From: Bryobacteraceae bacterium
GTDB lineage: Bacteria; Acidobacteriota; Terriglobia; Bryobacterales; Bryobacteraceae
Assembly (NCBI GenBank): GCA_036269625.1
Contig: DATBEF010000140.1
Coordinates: 188 to 64,187 of the forward strand
DNA: 64,000 bases
Reading direction: 5' to 3'
Part shown: piece after piece, positions 48,890-58,537 of the stretch
Layout of the letters: each line of letters begins with the position of its first letter
Numbering within the stretch: the stretch's first letter is position 1
Made by a program: the position numbers and the translations under genes
The notes under the pieces: model-generated
Seen by the model: the letters and a program-made list of their open reading frames with translations, nothing else
What the model was told of the DNA's origin: nothing
Database searches by the model: none

Positions 48890-49828
48890 ATGAGAAAGTT
48901 TCTTTTGACCGTCTTAGCAGCGAGTATCGCGTTCGCAGCCGCGCCAGCCTTCGCCCAAGTGAAGATGACGAGGGAACAGATGATGTTCTATACGTCGGAT
49001 TGGAAGGGCGACCGTTTTCCCGATGGACGTCCGAAGGTGGCGGACGATTTGCTGAAGCGCGCTCTCGATATCTCAATCGAGGATGCCTGGGATTATCTCC
49101 GCGAAGAAGGCTACAGAAATCAGTTTGAGGGCGGCTGGCAAGCTCTTCACATTGAGAAGCCCTTCGCCGGCCGCGCACTTACCGCGCAGTACATGCCGAT
49201 CCGTCCCGATATGGCTAGGGCGATCGCGGCCGAGGGCAAGGCAGAGGGGCGCGTTAGCGGGAATAATAGTTGGCCGATCAATGAACTCCAGATTGGCGAC
49301 GTCTATGTGGCCGATGGCTTTGGCAAGATCATCGAAGGCACCTTGATCGGGTCTAACCTCGGAAACGGAATTGCCGCGCATACTCATACCGGATTTGTAT
49401 TCGATGCCGGGATCAGAGATCAGGAAGAGAACCGTGAAATCCCGAATTTCAACGGCTTCTATCGCGGTTATGATCCCTCCGCATGGGCCCAGATGGAGTT
49501 AACAGCGATCAACGCGCCTATCCGTATCGGACGCGCTATCGTGCTACCGGGAGATCTAGTGCTGGCGAAGACGGATGGAGTTCTCTTCATACCGGCCATC
49601 CTTGCGGAGGGGGCCGTCAGTTCGGCGGAATTTACGAATCTGAAAGACGCGTTCAACTTTGAATTGAATCGTCAAGGGAAGAACGGCGCTGAATTTGAGG
49701 GCGGCTGGACGGCGGCAAAATACGCGGCGTTCTCGCAATGGATCAACGCTCATCCTGAGATGTTGAAGATGCCCCGCCCTGAATTTGACGCGCTATTGCA
49801 AAACGCGACCAAGCATCCTGACCGGTGA
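48890..49828 (+). CDS. RraA-fold / HMG-CHA aldolase-like protein with Sec signal peptide
   Basis: Signal MRKFLLTVLAASIAFAAAPAFAQ. Core GDVYVADGFGKIIEGTLIGSNLGNGIAAHTHTGFVFDAGIRDQEE..PIRIGRAIVLPGDLVLAKTDGVLFIP. Confidence 0.8.
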   Translation: MRKFLLTVLAASIAFAAAPAFAQVKMTREQMMFYTSDWKGDRFPDGRPKVADDLLKRALDISIEDAWDYLREEGYRNQFEGGWQALHIEKPFAGRALTAQYMPIRPDMARAIAAEGKAEGRVSGNNSWPINELQIGDVYVADGFGKIIEGTLIGSNLGNGIAAHTHTGFVFDAGIRDQEENREIPNFNGFYRGYDPSAWAQMELTAINAPIRIGRAIVLPGDLVLAKTDGVLFIPAILAEGAVSSAEFTNLKDAFNFELNRQGKNGAEFEGGWTAAKYAAFSQWINAHPEMLKMPRPEFDALLQNATKHPDR

Positions 49829-50923
49829 TTATGAGCGCGAATCACTTCCGGTGGTTGCGGCTTGTAGCATGGCCTTTGCGTAACCGGTGTTATACGCGAA
49901 ACCGGCATAGCCGCCTCCACCGGGATAGTACGGCTTGAATCCCGGACGCTCTCTATCTGCGTCCAGCGCTCGCGGATGTTCCGGATAGAGAGTGCGGCTA
50001 TACTTCTGGCGGACGAGTTCTTTCATCACGGCGAACATGTTGATTTGCCCTTCGTCGATGAAAACCTCCGTGTATTCTTCATACGGCACCCGGACCCGGA
50101 CGTTCCGGAAGTGAACGTGGTTGATGCAATCCCGCTCGCCAAAATATCTGCAGACTTCAACCGGATTGTGGCCCATCTCGCGCGTCACACCGCAATCGAA
50201 GGTAATACCGTTGGCCGGACTCTTGACAATATCGACTAAACGCTTCCATCCCTCCACAGTCCCCATGATCTGCCCGGAACCGCGGCTGATGGGCGCAGGA
50301 GGATCATTCGGGTGAAGCGCGAGACGCACGCCGGATTGTTCCGCCACGGGTATCACAGCCTTCAGGAAATAAGTCACGTTTCGCCACATCTCATCGAGCG
50401 AATGGGCGCCTTCGGACTCTAGCGGAGGAAGATTCTTGACTCTCCCGTAGTCGAACGACGTCAAGCCCGCTCCTCCTCTGCCGGTCTCCTCGTAGTAACC
50501 TTCGACAGCCCGATGCGCGTAGAAGTTGTACTCGATGACTGGTAAGCCAGCTCGGCCTGCGGCGCGAATGGAGCTGCAGATTTTATCGATCTCTTCATCC
50601 CTGCCGGGCTGCCCATAAAGCGTCTTCGGGAATCCGCTGATCATCATATTGAACAGAGTCAAGCCGCCGCTCTTCAGTTGGTCGATGTGCGATTTGATTT
50701 CGGCTTCTTCCCACGGAATGCGGGGACTGCCCATGACGACGTAGTCCACGCCCAGTTGTTTCACACGGCGCATTCCGGCTTCGTCGAGAGTTCCCGCCGC
50801 CAGACTGCCCCCGCCAATTTCCAGGCAGATTTTCGGCAGGCCATCACCTTTCTGCGCGTCTGCGGCCCGAAGGGCGAGGACCGAAGCGCCTGCCGCTTGC
50901 ATCAGGGTTCTGCGAGAAATCAT
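49829..50923 (-). CDS. UxuA-family (mannonate dehydratase-like) protein with Tat-type signal
   Basis: ATG 50923. Signal MISRRTLMQAAGASVLALRAADAQ. Core FLKAVIPVAEQSGVRLALHPNDPPAP..NHVHFRNV..LYPEHPR, as in UxuA. Confidence 0.8.
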   Translation of the reverse strand: MISRRTLMQAAGASVLALRAADAQKGDGLPKICLEIGGGSLAAGTLDEAGMRRVKQLGVDYVVMGSPRIPWEEAEIKSHIDQLKSGGLTLFNMMISGFPKTLYGQPGRDEEIDKICSSIRAAGRAGLPVIEYNFYAHRAVEGYYEETGRGGAGLTSFDYGRVKNLPPLESEGAHSLDEMWRNVTYFLKAVIPVAEQSGVRLALHPNDPPAPISRGSGQIMGTVEGWKRLVDIVKSPANGITFDCGVTREMGHNPVEVCRYFGERDCINHVHFRNVRVRVPYEEYTEVFIDEGQINMFAVMKELVRQKYSRTLYPEHPRALDADRERPGFKPYYPGGGGYAGFAYNTGYAKAMLQAATTGSDSRS

Positions 50924-51056
50924 AAGTAATATTATCGAAGCCTTAAGCCAAACATACGGGATCGGAGTCACCTTTCATTCGTGCAAGATGCTGATACCGA
51001 GCGGGAAGCGTAGCGACCGCAGGCTGGACGAGGCAAACTCGCTTAAGTAAACGGCA

Positions 51057-52469
51057 TTGAGCAAACGCCTCTCTCCTTGCCTTCCCGGATTGGACTGTGA
51101 TAATCTCCGTGCCCAGAGCTTGTTAAACAAATCAATCAGTTCCGGGAGGCTCAGCCGCAGAGCCTTTTTCAATTCCGCGGCAGCTCCGCTTTTAGCCGCA
51201 CCTCTACTCACCACGAAGCTGCGAGGCATGGCGATCCCGAAGATCAGGGACGTTTCTGTGATCACGACACAACCGGCAGGCGTTCGGCTGGTGGTCGTGA
51301 AAATTGTCACCGACCAGGATGGTCTTTACGGCTATGGGTGCGCTACCTTCACGCAACGCGCCGACTTAGTCGTCGAAGCGGTGAATCGTTATTTAAAACC
51401 GTTCCTCATCGGCAGACCTACGGACGCCATTGAAGACCTCTGGCAGGCGATGTACAACTCGTCTTACTGGCGCAACGGTCCAGTGTTGAACAACGCGATC
51501 AGCGGCGTTGACCAGGCCTTATGGGACATAAAAGGCCGCCAGGCGGGCATGCCTGTGTACGAATTGCTCGGTGGTAAATGCCGCCGCGGCGCCATGATTT
51601 ACTCGCACGCATCAGGGCGGGAGATTTCCGAAACCATCGATCAGGCCCACAAAATCATGGCCCAGGGGATCAAGGTCGTTCGGTTGCAGGTCGGGGTTCC
51701 TGGCATGGCGGCCTATGGCGCGGGACAGACCGGGCGCCGCCTGTCTTCGGAGTCCGAACCGCAGGACGAGATCTTTGAGCCCGAGCCCTATGTCCGCCGT
51801 ACGCTCGAACTCTTCGAAGCGGGACGCAAGAATCTGGGGCCGGAGATTGGACTGCTGCACGACGTACATGAGCGTGTCCCGCCTCGCCTCGCCGTCCAGT
51901 TCGCAAAGGATATGGAGCAGTTCCGCCTGTTCTATCTGGAGGACGCGCTCTCGCCGGAGAACATCGATTACTTCAAGCAGATTCGCGCCAATTGCACCAC
52001 GCCATTGGCGATGGGAGAACTTTTCAATAATCCCCATGAATGGAACAATCTGATTCGCGAAAGCCTAATCGACTTTATTCGAGTTCATGTTAGCCAGGCG
52101 GGTGGGTTGACTCCATGCCGCAAAATGGCTGCCATTGCGGAAGCTTTCCAGGTACGAACCGCCTGGCACGGTCCAGGTGACGTTTCGCCTATTGGCCACT
52201 GCGCGAACGTCACGCTCGATCTGGTCTGCTACAACTTCGGCATCCAGGAATGGACGTTTCCGAATGAGCGTTTGCAGGAAGTGTTTGATGGCTACCCGGT
52301 CGTGAAAGACGGTTATGCCTACGCCAATGAGAAGCCGGGTTGGGGCGTTGAGATTGATGAAAAAGCCGCCGCCAAATACCCGATCGGTAGCGAAACAGGC
52401 CCCCGCAAAGCCCTGAATGGCGGCTGGGGGGTGGTGCGTCGTGCGGACGGCACCGTAATTAATCAGTGA
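51057..52469 (+). CDS. ManD-type enolase-superfamily dehydratase homologue, possible Tat-type N-extension
   Basis: MAIPKIRDVSVITTQPAGVRLVVVKIVTDQDGLYGYGCATF..YWRNGPVLNNAISGVDQALWDIKGRQAGMPVYELLGG. The upstream in-frame stretch GRLSRRAFFNSAAAPLLAAPLL is reachable only from TTG starts (51057, 51090, 51120), so the start is uncertain. Confidence 0.85.
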   Translation: MSKRLSPCLPGLDCDNLRAQSLLNKSISSGRLSRRAFFNSAAAPLLAAPLLTTKLRGMAIPKIRDVSVITTQPAGVRLVVVKIVTDQDGLYGYGCATFTQRADLVVEAVNRYLKPFLIGRPTDAIEDLWQAMYNSSYWRNGPVLNNAISGVDQALWDIKGRQAGMPVYELLGGKCRRGAMIYSHASGREISETIDQAHKIMAQGIKVVRLQVGVPGMAAYGAGQTGRRLSSESEPQDEIFEPEPYVRRTLELFEAGRKNLGPEIGLLHDVHERVPPRLAVQFAKDMEQFRLFYLEDALSPENIDYFKQIRANCTTPLAMGELFNNPHEWNNLIRESLIDFIRVHVSQAGGLTPCRKMAAIAEAFQVRTAWHGPGDVSPIGHCANVTLDLVCYNFGIQEWTFPNERLQEVFDGYPVVKDGYAYANEKPGWGVEIDEKAAAKYPIGSETGPRKALNGGWGVVRRADGTVINQ

Positions 52470-52518
52470 CGATCATAAGTTACTAACTCTTACTAACAGC
52501 AGTTATCAAGGAGGTTGT

Positions 52519-55500
52519 ATGACCCCGTGGCGGATGCGCGAGTTCCTCAAAGCACCCATCGTTCTAATCATGGCGATGACCCTCGGCAGCGTTGGCTGGG
52601 CACAGTCTGGCCGTGGAAATATCTCGGGCGCCGTTCACGACAGTACCGGCGCCGCGATACCGGGCGCGAAAGTTACCGTCATCAACTCCGCTACAAACGT
52701 GGCGTACGATCTCGCCACCAACGAAACGGGAGACTATACAGCCGCCGATGTGCCTGTCGGTACGTATACGGTTCGTGTGGAGAAACAGGGCTTCAGCCAA
52801 TCGGAAATCAGCGGGATAACCGTAAACTCAGCCGCCAGCGTCCGAGCGGATGTGACCATGCAACTTGGGCAGTCGCGCCAGACGATCGAGGTTCAAGCTG
52901 CTGCTCTGCAGGTGAACTCAGAAGACTCCCAAATGGCCGTGACCGTGAATCAGACCTTAGTGAACGAGCTTCCGTTGGTGGTTGCCGGAACAGTCCGGAG
53001 CCCGTTCGACCTCGCGGCACTTACGCCGGAATCAAAAAACACCGGAAGCGCGGAAGGGTTTGCATTAGGCGGCGGACAAGCGGACAGTTATCAGGCAACG
53101 CTTGACGGTGTTTCTATTGACACCTCCCGAGCGCTTCAAAAAAACTGGGTGACCTCGAACGCGCCATCTGTCGAAGCCATCACCGAGTTCACCGTTGACA
53201 CCAACGGATTCAAAGCCGAGTTCGGCCATGCCGGAGGCGGCGTGATGATGTTCGTCGCCAAATCAGGCACCAATCAGCTCCACGGCTCGGCCTATGAATT
53301 TATGCGTAATACCGATTTCGATGCGAACGACTGGTTCAGCAATAGAGCGGGCAAGGCGCGCCAGATCTATAAGCAGAACGATTTCGGATTCACAGTCGGC
53401 GCTCCGGTTTATATTCCAAAGGTCTACCACGGCAGAAACAAAACCTTCTTCTTTACTTCCTACGAAGGCTTCCGGAATCGCAATGGCGCAACGAACGCAA
53501 CAGCAACTGTGCCTACGCCGGAAATGTATAACGGCGATTTCAGTAAGTGGGTAGGTTCGAACGGAGCCGTAATCCCGATCTACAATCCAACAACGCAGGT
53601 CCAGACTGCCAACCGCCCCACGCGCGTGGTTTTTCCCGGAAACCAAATTCCGGCTTCAATGTTCAACGCGACGTCCGCTCAAGCTCTCAAGCTGTTTCAG
53701 ACCAGCGGAGTTCTGGCGCCGAATAACGGTGCGGCGCCCGGAACTCTCGGGTATGTCAACAATAACTACATCATCAGCAGTGGAACCAACGTTCAGCCGG
53801 TGAACAAGTTTAGCGTCAAGGGCGACCATCTGTTTAACGACAAGCAACGGATCTCAGGGTATTACGGCTACGATCGTGAAGCAACTACCGCTGGTCCGGA
53901 GGGGCCGGCCACGCTTCCAGGCCTCTACTCGAATTACAACGATGTGCACCAGAGCTCAGACGTGCTGCGGTTCAGTTGGGATTGGACGATGAGTCCCACT
54001 AAATTTAATCACTTCTACGCGGGCGGAAATAACTGGCGGCAGGACCACAAACCCTCGCAGGAGTATACCGGTAACTGGCAAAGCAAATTCTGTTTGGGCA
54101 ATGTCCCTAACTGCAATGACAATCTGGTGAATCTTTTCTCCGGCGGTAACGGAGATACTTATTCGACTTGGGGCGGCCAGGCGGATAACGGTTCGGAAAA
54201 CACGGTCTATTCGTACAACGATGACTTTACCTGGATAAGGGGAGCGCACTCGATCAAGTTTGGCGGGCAGTGGCAGATTAATCACTACAACGGGTTTGGA
54301 CGCCAATGCGAAGCCGGATGCGTAGGCTTCAGCTACACGGAGACCGGCGTGCCGGGTCTGACGGACCCAACTCAGGGCGGCAATGCGTTTGCATCGTTCC
54401 TACTGGGGTATGCCGATTCCGGCCAGATTGACACGCCGCGCTTCATCGGCCAGCAGTTCTCGTATTTCGCCGGTTTCGCGCAGGACGATTGGCGTGTAAA
54501 CCAGAAGTTGGTGCTGAATCTGGGCGTGCGATGGGAGACGAACTTGCCGCCGACCGGCTTGGACGATCGGTGGAGCGATTTTTCGCCGACTACTCCAAAC
54601 CCAGCCGCGGGCGGAATTCCGGGAGCCGTGATCTTCGCTGGTTCAGGCCCTGGCCGCGTCGGCTCGAGAAGTCTTGTGAATGGTTATTACCATGCGTTTG
54701 GGCCGCATTTGGGGTTTGCTTACTCGTATGATCAGAAAACCGTAATTCGAGGCTCATACGCGCGTTCGTATGGGCCTCTGATGGCTGTCGGCGGCTCGGC
54801 CCACAATATGGGCTTCACGCTTACGGACAGCATTTCGAACCCCAACAATGGCGTCCAGCCCTTATTTATTCTGAACCAGGGATTTCCCGCTTATAACGTG
54901 CCGCCGTTCATTAATCCGTCGGTCTCGAATGGCACGACCGTTTCATGGTGGCAAGGAGCCGAGACCACGCATCCTCCGACCATGGATAATTTCAACTTCT
55001 CCATTCAACGGCAACTCAGTTCGAACATGCTGGTGGAAATCGCGTATAACGGCGTAATCGGGTCTCACTTACAAGCGCAGTTACTCGATTACAACCAGGA
55101 CAATCCGGCGTTGCTTACCGCTTTCGGAAGCATTCAACAAAGCACCAACGTTTTGAATAGCCAGGTAGGATCTACGTTGGCCAATCAGTACGGGATCGTT
55201 GCTCCGTATCCAGGATTCAAAGGGACGGTGAAACAGGCCCTGCGGCCGTTTCCGCAGTACACGCTTATCGACACTTACGGCGGCCAGGGCGATCACAGCG
55301 GCCATTCCACCTACCACTCGGGGATGGTGCGCTTTGAGAAGCGCTATGGCGCCGGGCTGACGCTACAGACGTCCTATGTGTTCTCTAAGCTGTTGACGAA
55401 TGCCGATAGCTATTGGGGAAATGCGATTGGAAGTAATTTGAATAATTCCGGTGGAGGCGGCGGCTGCTGCCTCGCGGCCGACCAATACAATCGCGGACTC

Positions 55501-56139
55501 GAGAAATCAATCGGCGAATTTGACGTCACCCACGATTTCAAAGCCGGATTTGTGTACGACATTCCAGTCGGAAAGGGCAGACGCTATCTAACCCATGGGC
55601 CGGCGTCGTGGATCCTGGGCAACTGGGGAGTTAATGGCGTGCTGACGTACGCGAGCGGCCTGCCGATCGCACTTACGTCTTCCTACGGTCTTCCGCTGTA
55701 CGGTGCGACGTCAGGCCGCAGCATACCTTACATTACTTCTTACACCGGATGGCAGCCGAATTGGAAAGGGAGTTTCGATCCGACCGTCGATACATTCCTG
55801 GTTCCATATTGCAGTTCGCCATCCACGTCTTGCACCGGACCGTTCCCCAACCAGGGCGGCTCATCGCCAGATGCCGGTTTCGGTAATGCGACGCGCTATA
55901 ACCCCAAGGTCCGCCAGTTTCCAAACTTGAATGAGAACCTTTCCTTGGCTCGCATATTTCCGATCAAAGAATCATTCCGCATGGAATTTCGCGCCGAAGC
56001 GTTCAACGTTTTCAACCGGGTTCGCTTTGGGGCGGGCGACCTCAATCTCCAGGATGCGAATTTCGGGCATCTGACCAGCAGCGCCGATCTATTGAACACG
56101 CCTCGCCAATTGCAACTAGCCTTGAAAGCGTATTTCTAG
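52519..56139 (+). CDS. TonB-dependent receptor with N-terminal carboxypeptidase-regulatory-like domain
   Basis: Signal peptide. GNISGAVHDSTGAAIPGAKVTVINSATNVAYDLATNETGDYTAADVPVGTYTVRVEKQGF. 1206 aa. C-terminal LQLALKAYF. Confidence 0.9.
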   Translation: MTPWRMREFLKAPIVLIMAMTLGSVGWAQSGRGNISGAVHDSTGAAIPGAKVTVINSATNVAYDLATNETGDYTAADVPVGTYTVRVEKQGFSQSEISGITVNSAASVRADVTMQLGQSRQTIEVQAAALQVNSEDSQMAVTVNQTLVNELPLVVAGTVRSPFDLAALTPESKNTGSAEGFALGGGQADSYQATLDGVSIDTSRALQKNWVTSNAPSVEAITEFTVDTNGFKAEFGHAGGGVMMFVAKSGTNQLHGSAYEFMRNTDFDANDWFSNRAGKARQIYKQNDFGFTVGAPVYIPKVYHGRNKTFFFTSYEGFRNRNGATNATATVPTPEMYNGDFSKWVGSNGAVIPIYNPTTQVQTANRPTRVVFPGNQIPASMFNATSAQALKLFQTSGVLAPNNGAAPGTLGYVNNNYIISSGTNVQPVNKFSVKGDHLFNDKQRISGYYGYDREATTAGPEGPATLPGLYSNYNDVHQSSDVLRFSWDWTMSPTKFNHFYAGGNNWRQDHKPSQEYTGNWQSKFCLGNVPNCNDNLVNLFSGGNGDTYSTWGGQADNGSENTVYSYNDDFTWIRGAHSIKFGGQWQINHYNGFGRQCEAGCVGFSYTETGVPGLTDPTQGGNAFASFLLGYADSGQIDTPRFIGQQFSYFAGFAQDDWRVNQKLVLNLGVRWETNLPPTGLDDRWSDFSPTTPNPAAGGIPGAVIFAGSGPGRVGSRSLVNGYYHAFGPHLGFAYSYDQKTVIRGSYARSYGPLMAVGGSAHNMGFTLTDSISNPNNGVQPLFILNQGFPAYNVPPFINPSVSNGTTVSWWQGAETTHPPTMDNFNFSIQRQLSSNMLVEIAYNGVIGSHLQAQLLDYNQDNPALLTAFGSIQQSTNVLNSQVGSTLANQYGIVAPYPGFKGTVKQALRPFPQYTLIDTYGGQGDHSGHSTYHSGMVRFEKRYGAGLTLQTSYVFSKLLTNADSYWGNAIGSNLNNSGGGGGCCLAADQYNRGLEKSIGEFDVTHDFKAGFVYDIPVGKGRRYLTHGPASWILGNWGVNGVLTYASGLPIALTSSYGLPLYGATSGRSIPYITSYTGWQPNWKGSFDPTVDTFLVPYCSSPSTSCTGPFPNQGGSSPDAGFGNATRYNPKVRQFPNLNENLSLARIFPIKESFRMEFRAEAFNVFNRVRFGAGDLNLQDANFGHLTSSADLLNTPRQLQLALKAYF

Positions 56140-57236
56140 GCGCCCGCCTCCCCGATCCACTCCCGGCTCGCCCTACCCAGTTCCGGGCAGCCTACCAGGC
56201 ACATCGTCATCTCCAGTTCCGATCGCAGGATCTCCAGCACCCGCGCGATCCCTAATTCGCCGCCCACGGCCAAACCATACAGGTACGGCCGCCCGATACA
56301 AACCGCCGCCGCGCCCATCGCGATCGCTTTGAACACATCCGTCCCGCGCCGCACTCCTCCATCCAGCAGCAGCGTCGTCCGGCCGCCCACCCGTTCCACG
56401 ATTCGCGGAAAAGCATCCAACGTCGCCGTAACCGTGTCGATCGTCCGCCCTCCATGATTCGACACAATCACGCCATCGCAGCCGCAGGCCACCGCCCGCT
56501 CGGCGTCGGCAGGGTGCAACACGCCCTTCACCAGCAACGGCGTCTTCACAAACGATCGCAGCCATTCTAGATCCGCCCACGTCGCGCTCGATGACCGCAG
56601 CATCGAATAGATGCTCCTCCCAAACGGCCGATCGGGAGAAGCCGCCAGGCCGCCCTCTAAATCCGCCAGGTTTACGCGCTGCACTCCCGGCGGTAGCACG
56701 AATCCCGCCCGCAATTCGCGATCCCGCGGCCCATTCGACGGCACATCGACTGTCACGCAGATCGCCTCGCACCCTGCCCTCTCCGCGCGCTCCACCAGTT
56801 CCCGCGTCACTCCCCGGTCTCGATGAATATAAAGCTGGAACCACATCGGCCGCGTCGCCACCGCCGCCATTTCTTCAATCGAGGTCGTTGCAAACGCAGC
56901 TGCGATCAGCGTGGCTTCTCCCAAATTCGCTCCACGCACGGTCGCCGCTTCTCCATCGTCGTGAAACAGCTTGTGGTACCCGGTGGGCGCGAGCAAGATC
57001 GGGTGAGCATGCCGCCGCCCAAACAGCGTGACGGAAGTATCGGTCCGGCTCACATCCACCAGCACGCGCGGTTCGAGTCTCGTACGCCGGAATGCTGCTC
57101 GATTCTCAGCGGCCGTTACTTCATCGCCCGCTGCGCCCGTCACGAACTCGTACGCCCGATGCGTTAAGTGTGACTTCGCCAAAGCCTCGAAATCATCTAA
57201 AGTTTGCACCGCCTCGAGCTGAGGCTGTTCGAGCAT
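56136..57236 (-). CDS. FMN-dependent alpha-hydroxy-acid dehydrogenase/oxidase (LldD/glycolate-oxidase family)
   Basis: AYEFVTGAAGDEVT, PILLAPTG and VIVSNHGGRTIDT motifs are present; 366 aa. Confidence 0.88.
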   Translation of the reverse strand: MLEQPQLEAVQTLDDFEALAKSHLTHRAYEFVTGAAGDEVTAAENRAAFRRTRLEPRVLVDVSRTDTSVTLFGRRHAHPILLAPTGYHKLFHDDGEAATVRGANLGEATLIAAAFATTSIEEMAAVATRPMWFQLYIHRDRGVTRELVERAERAGCEAICVTVDVPSNGPRDRELRAGFVLPPGVQRVNLADLEGGLAASPDRPFGRSIYSMLRSSSATWADLEWLRSFVKTPLLVKGVLHPADAERAVACGCDGVIVSNHGGRTIDTVTATLDAFPRIVERVGGRTTLLLDGGVRRGTDVFKAIAMGAAAVCIGRPYLYGLAVGGELGIARVLEILRSELEMTMCLVGCPELGRASREWIGEAGA

Positions 57237-57242
57237 CTTACG

Positions 57243-58526
57243 TTACGCCAACACCGGCTCTTCCACACGAGCATAGACATACGGTCCCTCGGGAATCACC
57301 GCCACGTTCGCCCGGGCGGGGAGCCCGTCCAGAAACGCCGCAATCGCTTCCTCCGGCCGGTTATAGGCGCGTCCACCCAATCCGGCGCGTAAGTCCTCGG
57401 GCAGCCCAGGCACATAGAAAAAGACCTGATACTTCTCGCCCGCTAACGCCAGCTTTTCGATCTGCCACTGGTCCACCACCACCGGCGCTCGCCAAATCTG
57501 CTCCAGCAATTGCCGGTAACTGTGAAATTCCCGCAGCTTTTCCGCAAATTCCGGCGCACCCGCGCCTTCCCCGCACTCCGCCACCAACAGAATTCGCCCG
57601 CCCGGCTTCAAAATGTGCTGCGCCGCCGTCACGCCTTTGATCGCTTGATAGAACGTCAAATCCAGCGGATAGCCCGCCGCCGTCGTCAACACCCCGTCGG
57701 CCGGTTCCGGAAGCCGCTCCAAAAGCGCCTCGCTCACAAATCGCACACCCTCCGCGTGCGCCTTCACCGGGTCGCCCGCAAACACGCCCGCAATCGCCCG
57801 CGTCCGTGTTAATGCCGTGTCCAGCATGAAATCATGCCGCGCCATCCGCGCGATTTCAAGCAACTCCTGATGCAGCGGATTATCCGCAACCGAGCCCTCA
57901 ATCGCCTTCGGCTCCCGCATAAACTTCGGGCTGTGCAGCACCTTAATCGTCTCCTGCGCCGCCAAACCCGGAGCAATCAACTTGCGGCCGCCTGAAAATC
58001 CCAGCATCAAATGCTGTTCGATGAATCCAAGCGTGATGTGCAAATCGGCCGCCATAAACCGCTCATCGATATGCACCGGCGTACCTCGGCTCGTTACGCC
58101 CAAATAACGGTGCTCGCTCAACTCCCTCGCGTGATGATTCACGATGCAGTATCGCGACGCGATCTCCGGCCCCACAATCCGTAGAATCTCGTCTTCCGTC
58201 GCAGGCCGATGCAGGCCAGTCGCAATAAGGATCGTCACGTCCTTCGCGGCAATCCCAGCCTCGTGCAGTCGCGCCAGCAATGGCGGAAGCGTAACTGCAT
58301 TGGGAGCCGGTCGCGTAATATCACAAACCGAGATCGCCGCCGTCTTCTTGCCACGCGCCAATTCCCGCAACGGCGCACAGCCGATCGGCCCATCCAGTGC
58401 TTCGCCCAGCGCCTTCGTCTCATCCGCCAGGGGAGCCGCCGACTTCGCCTCCAGCACGCGATACGCGTAACCATCCGGCAAATCCAGCGTCAACCCGTCT
58501 TTGCCAAACGCGACCTTCAGTTCCAT
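57243..58526 (-). CDS. larA: LarA-family nickel-pincer-dependent 2-hydroxyacid racemase/epimerase homologue
   Basis: DITRPAPN, ATGLHRPATEDE, VNHHARE and GFIEQHLMLGFSGGRKLIAPG (DUF2088/LarA core) are present; 427 aa. Lies 6 nt upstream of the FMN dehydrogenase gene. Confidence 0.82.
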   Translation of the reverse strand: MELKVAFGKDGLTLDLPDGYAYRVLEAKSAAPLADETKALGEALDGPIGCAPLRELARGKKTAAISVCDITRPAPNAVTLPPLLARLHEAGIAAKDVTILIATGLHRPATEDEILRIVGPEIASRYCIVNHHARELSEHRYLGVTSRGTPVHIDERFMAADLHITLGFIEQHLMLGFSGGRKLIAPGLAAQETIKVLHSPKFMREPKAIEGSVADNPLHQELLEIARMARHDFMLDTALTRTRAIAGVFAGDPVKAHAEGVRFVSEALLERLPEPADGVLTTAAGYPLDLTFYQAIKGVTAAQHILKPGGRILLVAECGEGAGAPEFAEKLREFHSYRQLLEQIWRAPVVVDQWQIEKLALAGEKYQVFFYVPGLPEDLRAGLGGRAYNRPEEAIAAFLDGLPARANVAVIPEGPYVYARVEEPVLA

Positions 58527-58537
58527 AAACCTGACGC

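Noticed and set aside
56173-56844. 223-aa alternative-frame ORF within the FMN hydroxyacid dehydrogenase gene.
   Set aside because: It is on the same strand but out of frame with the conserved SNHGGR-containing reading frame, and it has glycine/arginine-rich composition.
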